A stretch of DNA of 64,000 nucleotides from Candidatus Multivorans sp. (GCA_965224025.1 OZ245033.1:3936001-4000000); one strand, 5' to 3'. Numbered from the stretch's first letter, positions 8,952-19,346 are shown. The notes: generated by a model not told the origin, from the sequence alone. Numbers and translations: made by a program.

Positions 8952-10450
8952 GCTCTGGCCGCCGGCGCCTGGACGGGCCGGAACAGCGTCCAGCCGACGC
9001 AGACGCCGTAGTTCAGGAGCAGCCCCCAGACGCCGGCCGCGACGCCCCAGGGACTGCGCGTCGTCCACAGGTCGACCATCACGCCGCACCAGATGACCAG
9101 GGTGAGCAACGTCCCCAGCAACATGCCGGTGAGAGCCGCCGAGGACGACATCCGCCGCCAGTAGATGCCCAGCATGAAGAGCGGCGAGAGCTGGACCATG
9201 AACTCGAGTTTCAGCTTGATCAGCAGCCAGATCGAGCTCTCCGTCTCGAGCGACACCCAGGCCATCGCGATCAGGATGGCCATCACGCCCCAAGAGAACG
9301 TCTTGCCCACGATCAGCATCTCGCGCGAACTGGCCTCGCGGTGCAGGTAGTTCTTGTAGATGTCCTTGGTGAACATCGAGCCCATCGAGAGCAGCGCCGA
9401 GTCGGCGGTCGACATGATCGCCGCGACCACTGCGGCGAACACCATGACGATCAGCCAGTACATCACCGGCGAGCGGTCGATGAGGCCGCCGAGGACATAG
9501 ATCGTGACCTTGTCGCTCTCGAGTTCGCTCAGGCCGGGGAACCGGCTGAGGGCGATGAACCCGATCAGGAACGCGAGCAGGGTCGTGCCCAGCGGCATGA
9601 ACGCCATCGCCCCCAGAGACCTTCGCAGGCTGGTCTCGTCGCGGGCCGCGAAGATGCGCTGAATCGCGTGCGGGTAGAGGGCCACTCCCAGGCCGAGCAT
9701 CAGCAGCGTGCTGACCCAGCTTCGCAGCCCCTCCGCGTCCGGGCTTTCGAGTTTGGCCGGGGCCGTCGCGCGGACCCCGTCGGCCGCGGCCGCCAGGCCA
9801 CCGTCAGCGGTGACCAGGGTGTAGAGGATCACGGCGCACCCGCAAAGCAGCAGGGACCCCTGCACGGCATCCGTCCACGCCACCGCCCTCATGCCGCCCA
9901 GCGACTCGTAGATCAGCATCACGCCGACCAGGAGCAACACCCCCTGCATGAAGCTCATGCGGCCGCCGCTGATCGCCTCGACGCCGTGCCCCATGGCGAC
10001 CAACTGTTCGAGCACGTAGTTCGCCAGTCCCCAGCACAGAAGAGCGACGCACAGGATGCGCAGCGGATGAGACCCGAAGCGGTGGTACACGAAGTCGGCG
10101 GGCGTGATGTAGCCGAACCTCCGCGCCAGGTGGAAGAGGCGCGGCGCGTAGATCATGAACACCGTGATCACCAGAATCATGAACGTGATGCTGACGATGT
10201 AGGTCGTTCCCTGCTGGTAGGAGCGGCCGGCGAAGCCGAGCAGTGTGTTGCCGCTGTACTGGGTCGCGAACAGCGTCAGGAACAGAACCGCGAAGCCGAA
10301 GGACGAACCGGCCAGGTAGAAATCGCGCAGCGAGCGCTCCTTCTGGTGCAGGCGGCCCAGAAAACCGAGGCCGAGCATGATGACCAGGTAACCGCCGAGC
10401 ACCGCCAGCGCGCCAGGACCGAACGTCACCTCGGGAACGGAGGAGTTCAC
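8948..10450 (-). CDS. Sodium:solute symporter family protein
   Basis: DFYLAG, ATQYSGNT, GGMRAVAWTDAVQG and AAIMSTADSALL; GTG at 10450 overlaps the upstream stop. Confidence 0.92.
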   Translation of the reverse strand: MNSSVPEVTFGPGALAVLGGYLVIMLGLGFLGRLHQKERSLRDFYLAGSSFGFAVLFLTLFATQYSGNTLLGFAGRSYQQGTTYIVSITFMILVITVFMIYAPRLFHLARRFGYITPADFVYHRFGSHPLRILCVALLCWGLANYVLEQLVAMGHGVEAISGGRMSFMQGVLLLVGVMLIYESLGGMRAVAWTDAVQGSLLLCGCAVILYTLVTADGGLAAAADGVRATAPAKLESPDAEGLRSWVSTLLMLGLGVALYPHAIQRIFAARDETSLRRSLGAMAFMPLGTTLLAFLIGFIALSRFPGLSELESDKVTIYVLGGLIDRSPVMYWLIVMVFAAVVAAIMSTADSALLSMGSMFTKDIYKNYLHREASSREMLIVGKTFSWGVMAILIAMAWVSLETESSIWLLIKLKLEFMVQLSPLFMLGIYWRRMSSSAALTGMLLGTLLTLVIWCGVMVDLWTTRSPWGVAAGVWGLLLNYGVCVGWTLFRPVQAPAARA

Positions 10451-10791
10451 GGCCCGTCCTTCCCGCCGGAGTCGGCTTCGCGGCCTTCCTGAACCTCGCT
10501 GGCAGCCGCATCCGACCCGTCCCGCCACAGCCGCAACGACGCGAAGGCGGTCACCATGGCCAGGGCCAGACCGCAGAGGATCGTGACCCAGGTCCAGACC
10601 GGAAGACCGAGCGCGAGCCGGTCGCCGACCGACGACGGCAGGTACCAGGGCACGCTGACGATGAGGATCGCCACGACCGCCGGCAGGAACCAGCGGTGAC
10701 GCATGGGCTCGTCCGCCGGCCGGACCGCCGCCCAGAAAACGTCCGGATCCCGCTCGTCCCTGTACTCCGATAGCCGTCTGTTGTCAGTCAT
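10447..10791 (-). CDS. Small two-TM membrane protein accompanying the symporter (DUF3311-like)
   Basis: Two hydrophobic helices with PWY and LGLPVW; translationally coupled to the symporter. Confidence 0.7.
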   Translation of the reverse strand: MTDNRRLSEYRDERDPDVFWAAVRPADEPMRHRWFLPAVVAILIVSVPWYLPSSVGDRLALGLPVWTWVTILCGLALAMVTAFASLRLWRDGSDAAASEVQEGREADSGGKDGP

Positions 10792-11175
10792 AGCGGCGTT
10801 CCTCGTACAGCAGCGTCGCGTCCGGCGCCGCCTCGGCGACGTCTTCTCCGACGCAACAACCGCCGGTCAGGTGAACGACGTTCAGGGGGCGGATTATGTC
10901 GCACCGGCGCCTGGCGGACAGGTCGCTCGCTTTCACCAACCATGCGGCCGAATCGAACTGCTGCACTGCGCGCGGTTTCGCGGCCCCCGTGATATCCTCC
11001 CGACGCTCCCCCCATAACGTGCCCCACCAACCGTTTAGCCGCCTCCATCATCGGATGAGGCCGGGTGGTCCGCTGGCAAGAAAAACAGCGGACGTTCGGC
11101 CCGCGCGGGCATAATGGGCCGGCGGATCCGGTTCTCGCACAAGGAGGCCCACGAGCCCCGGGGCAGGCCAACGCC

Positions 11176-12363
11176 GTGAGCGTCCTTCGACAATCGGAAC
11201 CGACCCTCTGGACAGCCACCCTCGCGGTTCTGGCCTTCGGCTGTGCAGGGTGCACGGTGTCCGATCGCACGGCCGAACAGACCAACCAGGAACAGCAGGA
11301 CTTGAATCAGACAAACGGCGAGGAAGCCGAACAAGTGGAGACCCCGGACTGGGCTCTGGCCATCCACGGCGGCGCCGGCAGCGCGAATCGCGCCACCACC
11401 GACGCGGAGGACTACTACCAGGCCCTGCGGGCTGCCCTTTCCCTTGGCGCCGAGCAGTTGGCCGCCGGCGAAGCGAGTGTTCAGGTGGTCGAGAACGTGG
11501 TCGCGTCGCTCGAAGACAACCCGCGCTTCAATGCCGGCCGCGGTTCCGTCTTCACGTCCATCGGAACCCACGAGATGGATGCCGCGATCATGGACGGGCG
11601 CACCCTGGCCTGCGGAGCGGTGGCCGGGGTGAAGAACGTCCGCAACCCGGTCAGACTGGCGCGCCGGGTGATGGAGGACACGCCGCATGTCTTGATCGGC
11701 GGCCCCGGTGCCGACGACTTCGGCGTCATCGCCGGCGTACGCCGGCAGCCGCAGGCCTACTTCACCACCGAGCAGCAGCTTCAGAGGTACCGCGAACTTC
11801 GGGCCCAGAGAGGTGCCGCCGCACAGGGAAGCGGAGACGCCGTCGCGAGCGCCGGCGGCGATTACACCGGCAACGCCGGCGCAACGAGAAGCCTCGGGGG
11901 CGCCTCCCACCTGGGCACCGTCGGCGCCGTGGCCTTGGACCGCTACGGCAACCTGGCTGCGGCCACGTCCACCGGTGGCACGATGCTGAAGCGGATCGGC
12001 CGCGTCGGCGACGTACCGGTGATCGGCGCCGGCACCTACGCCAACAACGCCACCGCGGCCATCTCCTGCACCGGCCGGGGCGAGGAGTTCATCCGCCACA
12101 CCGTGGCGTACGACGTTTCGGCGCAGATCGAGTACGGCGGCCTCACGCTGGAGGAGGCCGTCCGGCGGGTGATCCGGGAGAAGCTCCAGCCGGGCGACGG
12201 CGGTCTGATCGCGGTCGGCCCGGATGGCACGATCGCGATGGAGTTCAACACGAACGCGATGTTCCGGGCCGCCGCGGATTCCCTGGGCCGATTCGATATC
12301 GGCATCTGGGACGAAGTGCAGAGCCGGCAGCCTCTGCCCGAACAGCCCGAAGCCGCCCAGTAG
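11176..12363 (+). CDS. iaaA: Isoaspartyl peptidase / L-asparaginase (Ntn hydrolase) with a putative lipoprotein signal
   Basis: LAIHGGAG, FNAGRGS, EMDAAIMDG, G-TVGAVALD nucleophile, AATSTGG and GRVGD. Start uncertain (GTG 11176 assumed). Confidence 0.9.
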   Translation: MSVLRQSEPTLWTATLAVLAFGCAGCTVSDRTAEQTNQEQQDLNQTNGEEAEQVETPDWALAIHGGAGSANRATTDAEDYYQALRAALSLGAEQLAAGEASVQVVENVVASLEDNPRFNAGRGSVFTSIGTHEMDAAIMDGRTLACGAVAGVKNVRNPVRLARRVMEDTPHVLIGGPGADDFGVIAGVRRQPQAYFTTEQQLQRYRELRAQRGAAAQGSGDAVASAGGDYTGNAGATRSLGGASHLGTVGAVALDRYGNLAAATSTGGTMLKRIGRVGDVPVIGAGTYANNATAAISCTGRGEEFIRHTVAYDVSAQIEYGGLTLEEAVRRVIREKLQPGDGGLIAVGPDGTIAMEFNTNAMFRAAADSLGRFDIGIWDEVQSRQPLPEQPEAAQ

Positions 12364-12411
12364 AGGCAAGCGGCCACGAGCGCCTGGAGGCGGCGGCTAT
12401 CATCGCCGGCC

Positions 12412-14328
12412 GTGAGCACGCTCTACGAACAGACGCTGCGCCGGGCCGGCGCTGACCCGGGGAATTTCTGGGCCGAGGCCGCGGAATCGATCTCCTGGGT
12501 CAGGCGCTGGGACCGCGTCCTGGACGACTCGAACCCGCCGTTCTACCGCTGGTTCGCAGGCGCGAAGGTGAACACCTGCTACAACGCGGTCGACCGCCAT
12601 GTCGAGGCCGGCCGCGGACAGCAGCCGGCGCTGATCTACGACAGCCCGGTCACCGGCACGACGGCGACGCTGACCTACGCGGCTCTGCAGGAGCAGACAG
12701 CCCGGCTCGCCGGCGTCCTCAGAAACCTCGGCGTACGGACCGGCGACCGGGTGCTGATCTACATGCCGATGATCCCGGAGGCCGCGGTCGCCATGCTGGC
12801 CTGCGCCCGGATCGGCGCCGTCCACTCGGTGGTGTTCGGCGGCTTTGCGGCGAAGGAACTCGCCACCCGGATAGACGACGCGAAGCCTCAGGTCGTACTG
12901 ACGGCCTCGTGCGGCATCGAGATCGCGCGAATCATCGAGTACAAGCCGCTGCTCGACGAAGCCATCGCCATGTCGACGCACAAGCCGGGCGCCACCGTGC
13001 TGCTTCAACGGCCGCAACAAGGCGCCGCACTCGGCGCCGGTGACCACGACTGGCAGGAGGCGATGGCCGCCGCCCAACCAGCCGACTGCGTCCCGGTGCA
13101 GGCCACGGATCCGCTGTACATCCTGTACACGTCGGGAACGACGGGCGTCCCCAAGGGCGTCGTACGCGACAACGGCGGGCACCTCGTGGCGCTCGACTGG
13201 AGCATGGAGAACATCTACGGCGTTGCGCCCGGAGAGGTCTACTGGGCCGCGTCGGACATCGGCTGGGTCGTGGGCCATTCCTACATCGTCTACGCACCGC
13301 TCATCCACGGCTGCACCACCGTGCTCTACGAAGGCAAGCCGGTCGGGACGCCGAACGCCGGCGCGTTCTGGCGCGTGATCGCCGAGCACGGCGTCTCGGT
13401 GCTGTTCACGGCGCCGACCGCGTTCCGCGCGATCAAGCGCGAGGATCCTCAGGGCAAGCTGATCGGCAAGTTCGATCTGAGTAGCCTGCGGACCCTGTTC
13501 CTCGCTGGCGAACGCGCCGACCCGGACACGGTGCGCTGGGCCGAGGAGAAGCTCGACGTGCCGGTGATCGACCACTGGTGGCAGACCGAGACCGGCTGGC
13601 CGATCGCCGCAAACTGCGTCGGGCTCGGGGCGCTGCCGGTCAAGCACGGATCGCCCACCAAGGTCGTCCCGGGCTACGACGTGCGCATCCTCGAACACGA
13701 AGGCGACTTCACCGGGCGCAGCCGCGAACTGCCGCCCGGCGAGACGGGCGCCATCGCCCTGCGTCTTCCCCTACCGCCGGGCTGCCTGCCGACCTTGTGG
13801 AAGAACGACGCCGGGTACGTCGACTCGTATCTCTCGGAGTTCGAGGGCTACTACCAGACCGGCGACGCCGGGTTCGTCGACCGGGACGGCTACCTCTACA
13901 TCATGAGCCGCACAGACGACCTGATCAACGTCGCCGGCCACCGCTTGTCCACGGGCGGCATGGAGGAGATCCTCTCGTCTCACCCGGACGTCGCCGAGTG
14001 TGCCGTGATCGGGATAGCCGACTCGCTCAAGGGACAGGTGCCCCTGGGCCTCGTGGTCCTCTACGCGGGTTCCGGCCGCTCGGAAGCCGAGATCGTGCCG
14101 GAGCTCGTCCAGACCGTGCGGGATCAGCTCGGACCGGTCGCCTCGTTCAAGATCGCGGCGGTGGTCGACCGTCTGCCCAAGACCCGATCCGGGAAGGTAC
14201 TGCGAGGCACGATGCGGCGGATCGCGGACGGCGAGCCCTACACGGTGCCGGCCACGATCGACGATCCCGCGATCCTGGACGAAATCGAGCAGACCCTGGC
14301 CGAGCTCGGCTATCCGAGACACGGATAG
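12412..14328 (+). CDS. prpE: Propionyl-CoA synthetase (acetate/propionate-CoA ligase)
   Basis: YILYTSGTTGVPKGVVRDNGG, DHWWQTETGW, YYQTGDAG and LPKTRSGK. Confidence 0.9.
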   Translation: MSTLYEQTLRRAGADPGNFWAEAAESISWVRRWDRVLDDSNPPFYRWFAGAKVNTCYNAVDRHVEAGRGQQPALIYDSPVTGTTATLTYAALQEQTARLAGVLRNLGVRTGDRVLIYMPMIPEAAVAMLACARIGAVHSVVFGGFAAKELATRIDDAKPQVVLTASCGIEIARIIEYKPLLDEAIAMSTHKPGATVLLQRPQQGAALGAGDHDWQEAMAAAQPADCVPVQATDPLYILYTSGTTGVPKGVVRDNGGHLVALDWSMENIYGVAPGEVYWAASDIGWVVGHSYIVYAPLIHGCTTVLYEGKPVGTPNAGAFWRVIAEHGVSVLFTAPTAFRAIKREDPQGKLIGKFDLSSLRTLFLAGERADPDTVRWAEEKLDVPVIDHWWQTETGWPIAANCVGLGALPVKHGSPTKVVPGYDVRILEHEGDFTGRSRELPPGETGAIALRLPLPPGCLPTLWKNDAGYVDSYLSEFEGYYQTGDAGFVDRDGYLYIMSRTDDLINVAGHRLSTGGMEEILSSHPDVAECAVIGIADSLKGQVPLGLVVLYAGSGRSEAEIVPELVQTVRDQLGPVASFKIAAVVDRLPKTRSGKVLRGTMRRIADGEPYTVPATIDDPAILDEIEQTLAELGYPRHG

Positions 14329-14479
14329 CCGAGACACGGGGGCACACAAAACGCGGCTTTCCCTAAGGCTTAGCGGCCCATGCAGGACCGCCCGCCCGGG
14401 TGAAGAGGACCCAGCTGCCCCACCGGAGTCCGCAGAATTTGCGGAAAACTCTGCGGATAAGAACCATACTCAGACCTTG

Positions 14480-14572
14480 TAAGTTCTTTGTTATCAGTAG
14501 TTTACGTCCGCTCCGCACCGGATCTGGTGCGCCCGGCGCGCCCGGCGTAAGTTATTCATGAGCAAGAAGTTA
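14480..14572. promoter_or_regulatory. Pair of AT-rich 25-bp imperfect palindromes (TAAGT-N2-TTb-N5-CAr-N2-rkTTA) upstream of the oxidoreductase operon
   Basis: 14480-14504 TAAGTTCTTTGTTATCAGTAGTTTA and 14548-14572 TAAGTTATTCATGAGCAAGAAGTTA. Confidence 0.4.
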
Positions 14573-14633
14573 AGACGAGGATAGCGCCGACTGGAATTAC
14601 CGGATACTTCGACTCGGCGGTACAGTGCCACCC

Positions 14634-16703
14634 ATGGATCCAAGCCAGGCAACACGCGAGGTCTTCTGGAACATCCAGTACACGTGGTTGGTGTACGTCC
14701 TGATGGTCCCGACCCTGGGCGTCTTGGCCTGGGGTTTCTGGCTCAAGATCCGTCGCTGGCGCGCCGGCCAGCCGGCCGTGCGGTTCGACCGGCTGGGCGA
14801 ACGGCTCCAGCTCTTCCTCAGGAACGCCGTCGGTCAGGGCCGCACCCTGCGCAGCCGCTACGCGGGCCTCTTCCATAGCCTCGTCTACACCGGCTTCATC
14901 GTCCTGTTCCTGGCGACCACCGTGGTGGCGATCCACCACGACACGCCCCTGCACATCATGAAGGGGCACTTCTACCTGATCTTCCAGTCGCTGATCGTCG
15001 ACATCTTCGGCCTGTTCGTGCTCGTGGGCGTCGCCCTGGCCGCGGTTCGCCGCTGGGTCGCGAAGCCGGCGAAGCTCGTCTACACCGACGAGGCAAGCTG
15101 GATCCTGGTCGCCATCTTCGTGATGGCATTGACCGGCTTCATGGTCGAGGGCTGGCGGATCGCGGTCACCGACGATGTCTGGGCCGCCTGGTCGCCGGTC
15201 GGCAATCTGTTCGCACGCGCCTCGGACCCGTTCATGAGCGACGCCGCGATGCAGACCGGTCACGTCGTCATCTGGTGGTTCCATTTGGCTGTAGCGTTCG
15301 GCTTTATCGCCTGGGTGCCCTTCAGCAAGATGTCGCACGTCGTCACGGCGCCGCTCAACATCTTCACCGCCAACCTCGACGGCTACGGCGGCAGCCTGAA
15401 GGCGATCGACTTCGAGACCGCCGAGCGGTTCGGCATCAACCACCTCGGCGACTTCACCTGGAAGGACCTGCTCGACTTCGACGCCTGCACCGAGTGCGGC
15501 CGCTGCACCGACGTCTGCCCCGCGAACGCGGTCGGCAAAAGCCTGTCGCCACGCGACATCATCCTCGACCTGCAGACCCTGATGCACGAGCGCGGCGACA
15601 GCCTTTTGGCCAACGGCAATGGCAATGGGAACGGCGACGCCGAACTGCTGCCGATCATCGACGACAAGACAGCGGTCTCCCCCGAGGCGCTGTTCTCCTG
15701 CACCACCTGCGCCGCCTGCATGGAGGCCTGCCCGGTCCACATCGAGCATCTGCCCAAGATCGTCGACGCCCGGCGCTACCTGGTCATGGAAGAGGCCGAC
15801 TTCCCGGAAGGGATGATGGACATGATGAACTCGCTCGAACAGCGAAAGCACCCGTTCGCGGGCACCCAGTTCAGCCGGGTCGACTGGACCGAGGGCCTCG
15901 ACATCGACGTGATGGCCGACATGGACGATCCGAACCAGGCCGAGGTCCTGATGTGGGTCGGTTGCGGCGGCGCCCTCGTGGAGCGCAACCGGAACACCGT
16001 CCGCGCCACCGCGAAGCTCTTGAAGCAGGCGGGCGTCAAGTTCGCGATCCTCGGCCGCGAGGAATCGTGCAACGGCGACCCGGCCCGCCGCGTCGGCAAC
16101 GAGTTCCTGTTCGAGATGCTGGCCAAGGGCAACGTCGAGACCCTGGATCGCTACGGCGTGCGCAAGGTCGTCACCTCCTGCCCGCACTGCTTCAACTCGT
16201 TCAAGAACGAGTACCCGCAGTTCGGCGGCAGCTACGAGGTCTACCACCACACCCAGTTCCTCGATCAGCTCCTGGCCTCCGGCCGATTGAACGGGGCCGA
16301 TGCGGCAACCGGTGGGGCAAACGCCGGCGAGACGATCACGTTCCACGATCCCTGCTACCTCGGCCGCCACAACGGCGAGTACGACGCGCCCCGCAACCTG
16401 CTGGCGAAGGTCGGCAGCGCACGGCAGGTCGAGATGGAGCGCTCCCGCAACCAGAGCTTCTGCTGCGGCGGCGGCGGCGGCATGGCATTCGTCGACGAGC
16501 CGCCCGACCAACGCGTCAACCAGGAGCGCGCCCAGGAAGCGGTCGATACCGGGGCCGACGTGGTCGCCGTGGGCTGCCCGTTCTGCGCCACCATGCTCGA
16601 CGACGGCGTCAACGCCCGGCGCGGCGAGCGCGACGTCAAGGTCAAGGACGTGGCGGAACTGCTCTGGGACGCTGTCGGCGAGAGCGCCGAACCAGCTCCG
16701 TAG
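14634..16703 (+). CDS. Membrane-bound Fe-S oxidoreductase, FadF/HdrD-like (TM domain, 2x[4Fe-4S], two CCG domains)
   Basis: CTECGRCTDVCP, CTTCAACMEACP, SCPHC, FHDPCYLGR, CCGGGGG and GCPFC; N-terminal TM helices containing His. Confidence 0.9.
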   Translation: MDPSQATREVFWNIQYTWLVYVLMVPTLGVLAWGFWLKIRRWRAGQPAVRFDRLGERLQLFLRNAVGQGRTLRSRYAGLFHSLVYTGFIVLFLATTVVAIHHDTPLHIMKGHFYLIFQSLIVDIFGLFVLVGVALAAVRRWVAKPAKLVYTDEASWILVAIFVMALTGFMVEGWRIAVTDDVWAAWSPVGNLFARASDPFMSDAAMQTGHVVIWWFHLAVAFGFIAWVPFSKMSHVVTAPLNIFTANLDGYGGSLKAIDFETAERFGINHLGDFTWKDLLDFDACTECGRCTDVCPANAVGKSLSPRDIILDLQTLMHERGDSLLANGNGNGNGDAELLPIIDDKTAVSPEALFSCTTCAACMEACPVHIEHLPKIVDARRYLVMEEADFPEGMMDMMNSLEQRKHPFAGTQFSRVDWTEGLDIDVMADMDDPNQAEVLMWVGCGGALVERNRNTVRATAKLLKQAGVKFAILGREESCNGDPARRVGNEFLFEMLAKGNVETLDRYGVRKVVTSCPHCFNSFKNEYPQFGGSYEVYHHTQFLDQLLASGRLNGADAATGGANAGETITFHDPCYLGRHNGEYDAPRNLLAKVGSARQVEMERSRNQSFCCGGGGGMAFVDEPPDQRVNQERAQEAVDTGADVVAVGCPFCATMLDDGVNARRGERDVKVKDVAELLWDAVGESAEPAP

Positions 16704-16788
16704 GAACGGACTCCGCCACGACAACCCGTTGCACACCTACCGGGCGGTCGGTAGACTCCACCACAGCCTCGTTCGCAACCTCGATCCG

Positions 16789-17442
16789 ATGACTGCCCTG
16801 GACAACGCCCTGCACGCCACCGGTCGCACGACCGGCGAAAGCGACCCGGACCGCCGGGCCGATATCTACCGCAACGCGGCGCGCATCTTCCACCGCAAGG
16901 GGTACCACGCCACCTCGATCAACGACATCGCGGCCGCCGTGGGGCTGACCAAGGCCGGACTCTACTACTACATCAAGGGCAAGCAGGACCTGCTGTTCGC
17001 GATCATGAGTTTCGCCATGGACCAGCTCGACAAGCAGGTCATCGAACCGGCCCGCCGCCACCAGGATCCGGAAACGCGACTGCGCACGATCGTCGCCTGC
17101 CACGCCCGCCTGATCACCCAGGACTCGTCGGCGCTGACCATCCTCGTCAACGAACTCGAAGGGCTGCTCCCCGACGACCGGATCGACATCATCGGCAGGC
17201 AGCGGGACTACGTCGAGTTCATCGCCGACACGCTCGCCGCCCTGCGCGACGAGGGCAAGGTCGTGGGCCTCGACCCCACGGTCGGCGCCTTCAGCCTGGT
17301 CGGCATGGTGCTGTGGATTTCGCGCTGGTACCGGGCGGACGGGCGGCTCGACGCGGACGAGGTGGTGGCGGAAGTGACCCGGATGGCGGTCTCCGCCGTG
17401 TTGAATCGAAACGCCGAGCAGGCCGGGGATCCCGACCAATAG
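16789..17442 (+). CDS. TetR/AcrR-family regulator (KstR2-like)
   Basis: AARIFHRKGYHATSINDIAAAVGLTKAGLYYYIKGKQDLL HTH; ATG at 16789. Confidence 0.9.
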   Translation: MTALDNALHATGRTTGESDPDRRADIYRNAARIFHRKGYHATSINDIAAAVGLTKAGLYYYIKGKQDLLFAIMSFAMDQLDKQVIEPARRHQDPETRLRTIVACHARLITQDSSALTILVNELEGLLPDDRIDIIGRQRDYVEFIADTLAALRDEGKVVGLDPTVGAFSLVGMVLWISRWYRADGRLDADEVVAEVTRMAVSAVLNRNAEQAGDPDQ

Positions 17443-17466
17443 GGGTACGCGCAATAGGGGTACGCG
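17437..17466 (+). repeat. 15-bp tandem duplication CAATAGGGGTACGCG x2
   Basis: Exact copies at 17437-17451 and 17452-17466, spanning the TetR stop codon. Confidence 0.85.
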
Positions 17467-17510
17467 GCAATCGGCAACGGAGCCACGCCCACAGCGAAGG
17501 AGAACCGAGA

Positions 17511-18332
17511 ATGAGAGTGCTCGTCTGCCTGAAGCAGATCCTCGACCCGGACGTCCCGGCCCGCGACTTCCAGATCGACCCCGCGGCCAAGGCCGCGAAG
17601 CGCGGCGGCGCGAACCTGGTCACCAACATCTTCTGCGAGAACGCGATCGAAACCGCGCTCCAGTTCCGCGAAGCGGCAGGCGACGTCAAGATCACCGCCC
17701 TCTGCTACGGAGAATCCTCGGCCGAGGACTGCCTGCGCAAGGCGATGGCGATGACCGTCGACGAGGCGTGCCTGGTGGTGCGCGACGGCAACACGAATCC
17801 CGACGCAGCAGCCGTAGGCCAGGTGCTGGCAGCCGCTGTATCGCGCCTCGAGCGGGACAGCGGGCCGTTCGATGCCGTGCTGGTCGGTCGGGAATCCGGC
17901 GACTGGGGTACCGGACAGACCGGCGGCGCACTGGCGGAGGAACTGGGACGGCCGGCGCTCGGCTTCGTGGAGAGCCTGAGTCCCGGCGACGGCAGCGTCA
18001 CGCTGCGCCGTCAGACCGATGTCGGCATCGAGGTCGCGGAAGCCGAACCTCCGTTCGTGGTCACGATCACGAACAACGAGGACAACGTGCCGCGCATCCC
18101 GAAGACGCGGGACGTGATGATGTCCTACCGCAAGCCGCTCCAGAAGCTGAGCCTCGCCGATCTCGGACTGGACAGCGACGAGATCCGGAACGGCGCCTCC
18201 AACTTCGAGGTCGAGGAGATCTTCGTGCCGACGGACGAAGTCGAGTGCGAATTGGCCGAGGGCGACACCCTGGAAGAGCGGGTCGATCAACTCGCGCGGA
18301 AGATCCATGAAGTCGTCGCCTCGATCGGCTGA
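17511..18332 (+). CDS. etfB: Electron transfer flavoprotein beta subunit
   Basis: MRVLVCLKQILDP, NIFCENAIETAL and GRESGDWGTGQTG; AAGGAG RBS. Confidence 0.93.
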   Translation: MRVLVCLKQILDPDVPARDFQIDPAAKAAKRGGANLVTNIFCENAIETALQFREAAGDVKITALCYGESSAEDCLRKAMAMTVDEACLVVRDGNTNPDAAAVGQVLAAAVSRLERDSGPFDAVLVGRESGDWGTGQTGGALAEELGRPALGFVESLSPGDGSVTLRRQTDVGIEVAEAEPPFVVTITNNEDNVPRIPKTRDVMMSYRKPLQKLSLADLGLDSDEIRNGASNFEVEEIFVPTDEVECELAEGDTLEERVDQLARKIHEVVASIG

Positions 18333-18374
18333 CGCGGACGGGATCGAGGTAGAGAGGGATAGAAGGAGAGAACG

Positions 18375-19346
18375 ATGGCGAACGTTGCAGTCTGTGTTCT
18401 TGGCAGTTTCGGCTATGACCGCGCCGCTCAGGGCGCGATCGGCGCCGGACGCGCGCTGGCCGAAAGCGTCGGCGGCGAACTCCATGTGCTGGTGGTCGGA
18501 CCGGCCGCGGACGACGCCGTCGCGGCGCTGGCGGGAGTTGCCGACCGCGTCCTGATCGGCGGCGCCGGGGAACTCAGCGACCACCAACCCGAGCAGGCGT
18601 TGCAGGCGGCCCAGCAACTCCACGAGGCCGGAGGCGGGGACTACGTCGCCGTCCTGATGAGCAACGACACCTACAGTCAGGAGATCGCCCCGCGCCTGGC
18701 CCACCGTCTCGGCGGCAGTTCGATGGCCGACGTCGCCGCGATCCGCGCCGAAGGCGACGAGCTGCTGGCTCAGCGCACCGCCTACGGCGGCAAGGCGATC
18801 TCGATCTACCGGCTCAAGAAGCAGCCGGCCATCGTCTGGCTGCGGGCGCGAGGCTTCGAACCTGCCCCCGAGCGGCCGTCGTCCGGCGAGATCACTTCCG
18901 TCGATCTCGACCTCGATCCTCCGCGCATACGGATCACAGGGCGCGAGGTCGCGGAACAGGAAGGCGTCCGCCTCGAGGACGCCCAGATCATCGTCTCCGG
19001 CGGCCGCGGCCTCGGAGGCCCCGAGCCCTTCCAGGAGCTCAAGAAGCTCGCCGACGCCATCGGCGCCGAGCAGGGCGCGTCACGCGCCGCCTGCGACGCC
19101 GGCTGGGTACCCCCGAACTGGCAGGTCGGCCAGACCGGCAAGAAGGTCGCCCCCGAGCTCTACCTCGCGATCGCCATCTCCGGCGCCAGCCAGCACCTGC
19201 TCGGCATGGGCGACAGCAAGGTCGTCGCCGCGATCAACACCGACGCCGACGCGCCTATCTTCAAGCACTGCAGCTTCGGCATCGTCGAGGACTACAAGCA
19301 GGTCGTGCCGCTCTTGACCGAGAAGCTGGCGGCACTGTCGAACTGA
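18375..19346 (+). CDS. etfA: Electron transfer flavoprotein alpha subunit
   Basis: [36 protein letters not shown] and [11 protein letters not shown]. Confidence 0.96.
   Translation: MANVAVCVLGSFGYDRAAQGAIGAGRALAESVGGELHVLVVGPAADDAVAALAGVADRVLIGGAGELSDHQPEQALQAAQQLHEAGGGDYVAVLMSNDTYSQEIAPRLAHRLGGSSMADVAAIRAEGDELLAQRTAYGGKAISIYRLKKQPAIVWLRARGFEPAPERPSSGEITSVDLDLDPPRIRITGREVAEQEGVRLEDAQIIVSGGRGLGGPEPFQELKKLADAIGAEQGASRAACDAGWVPPNWQVGQTGKKVAPELYLAIAISGASQHLLGMGDSKVVAAINTDADAPIFKHCSFGIVEDYKQVVPLLTEKLAALSN

Noticed and set aside
7935-9293. Apparent 114-aa N-terminal extension of TrpS
   Set aside because: It overlaps the symporter in another frame; the GTG at 8951 coupled to the upstream stop explains the gene.
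16300-16788. Long N-terminal extension on the TetR ORF
   Set aside because: Out-of-frame overlap with the oxidoreductase; the HTH begins shortly after ATG 16789.
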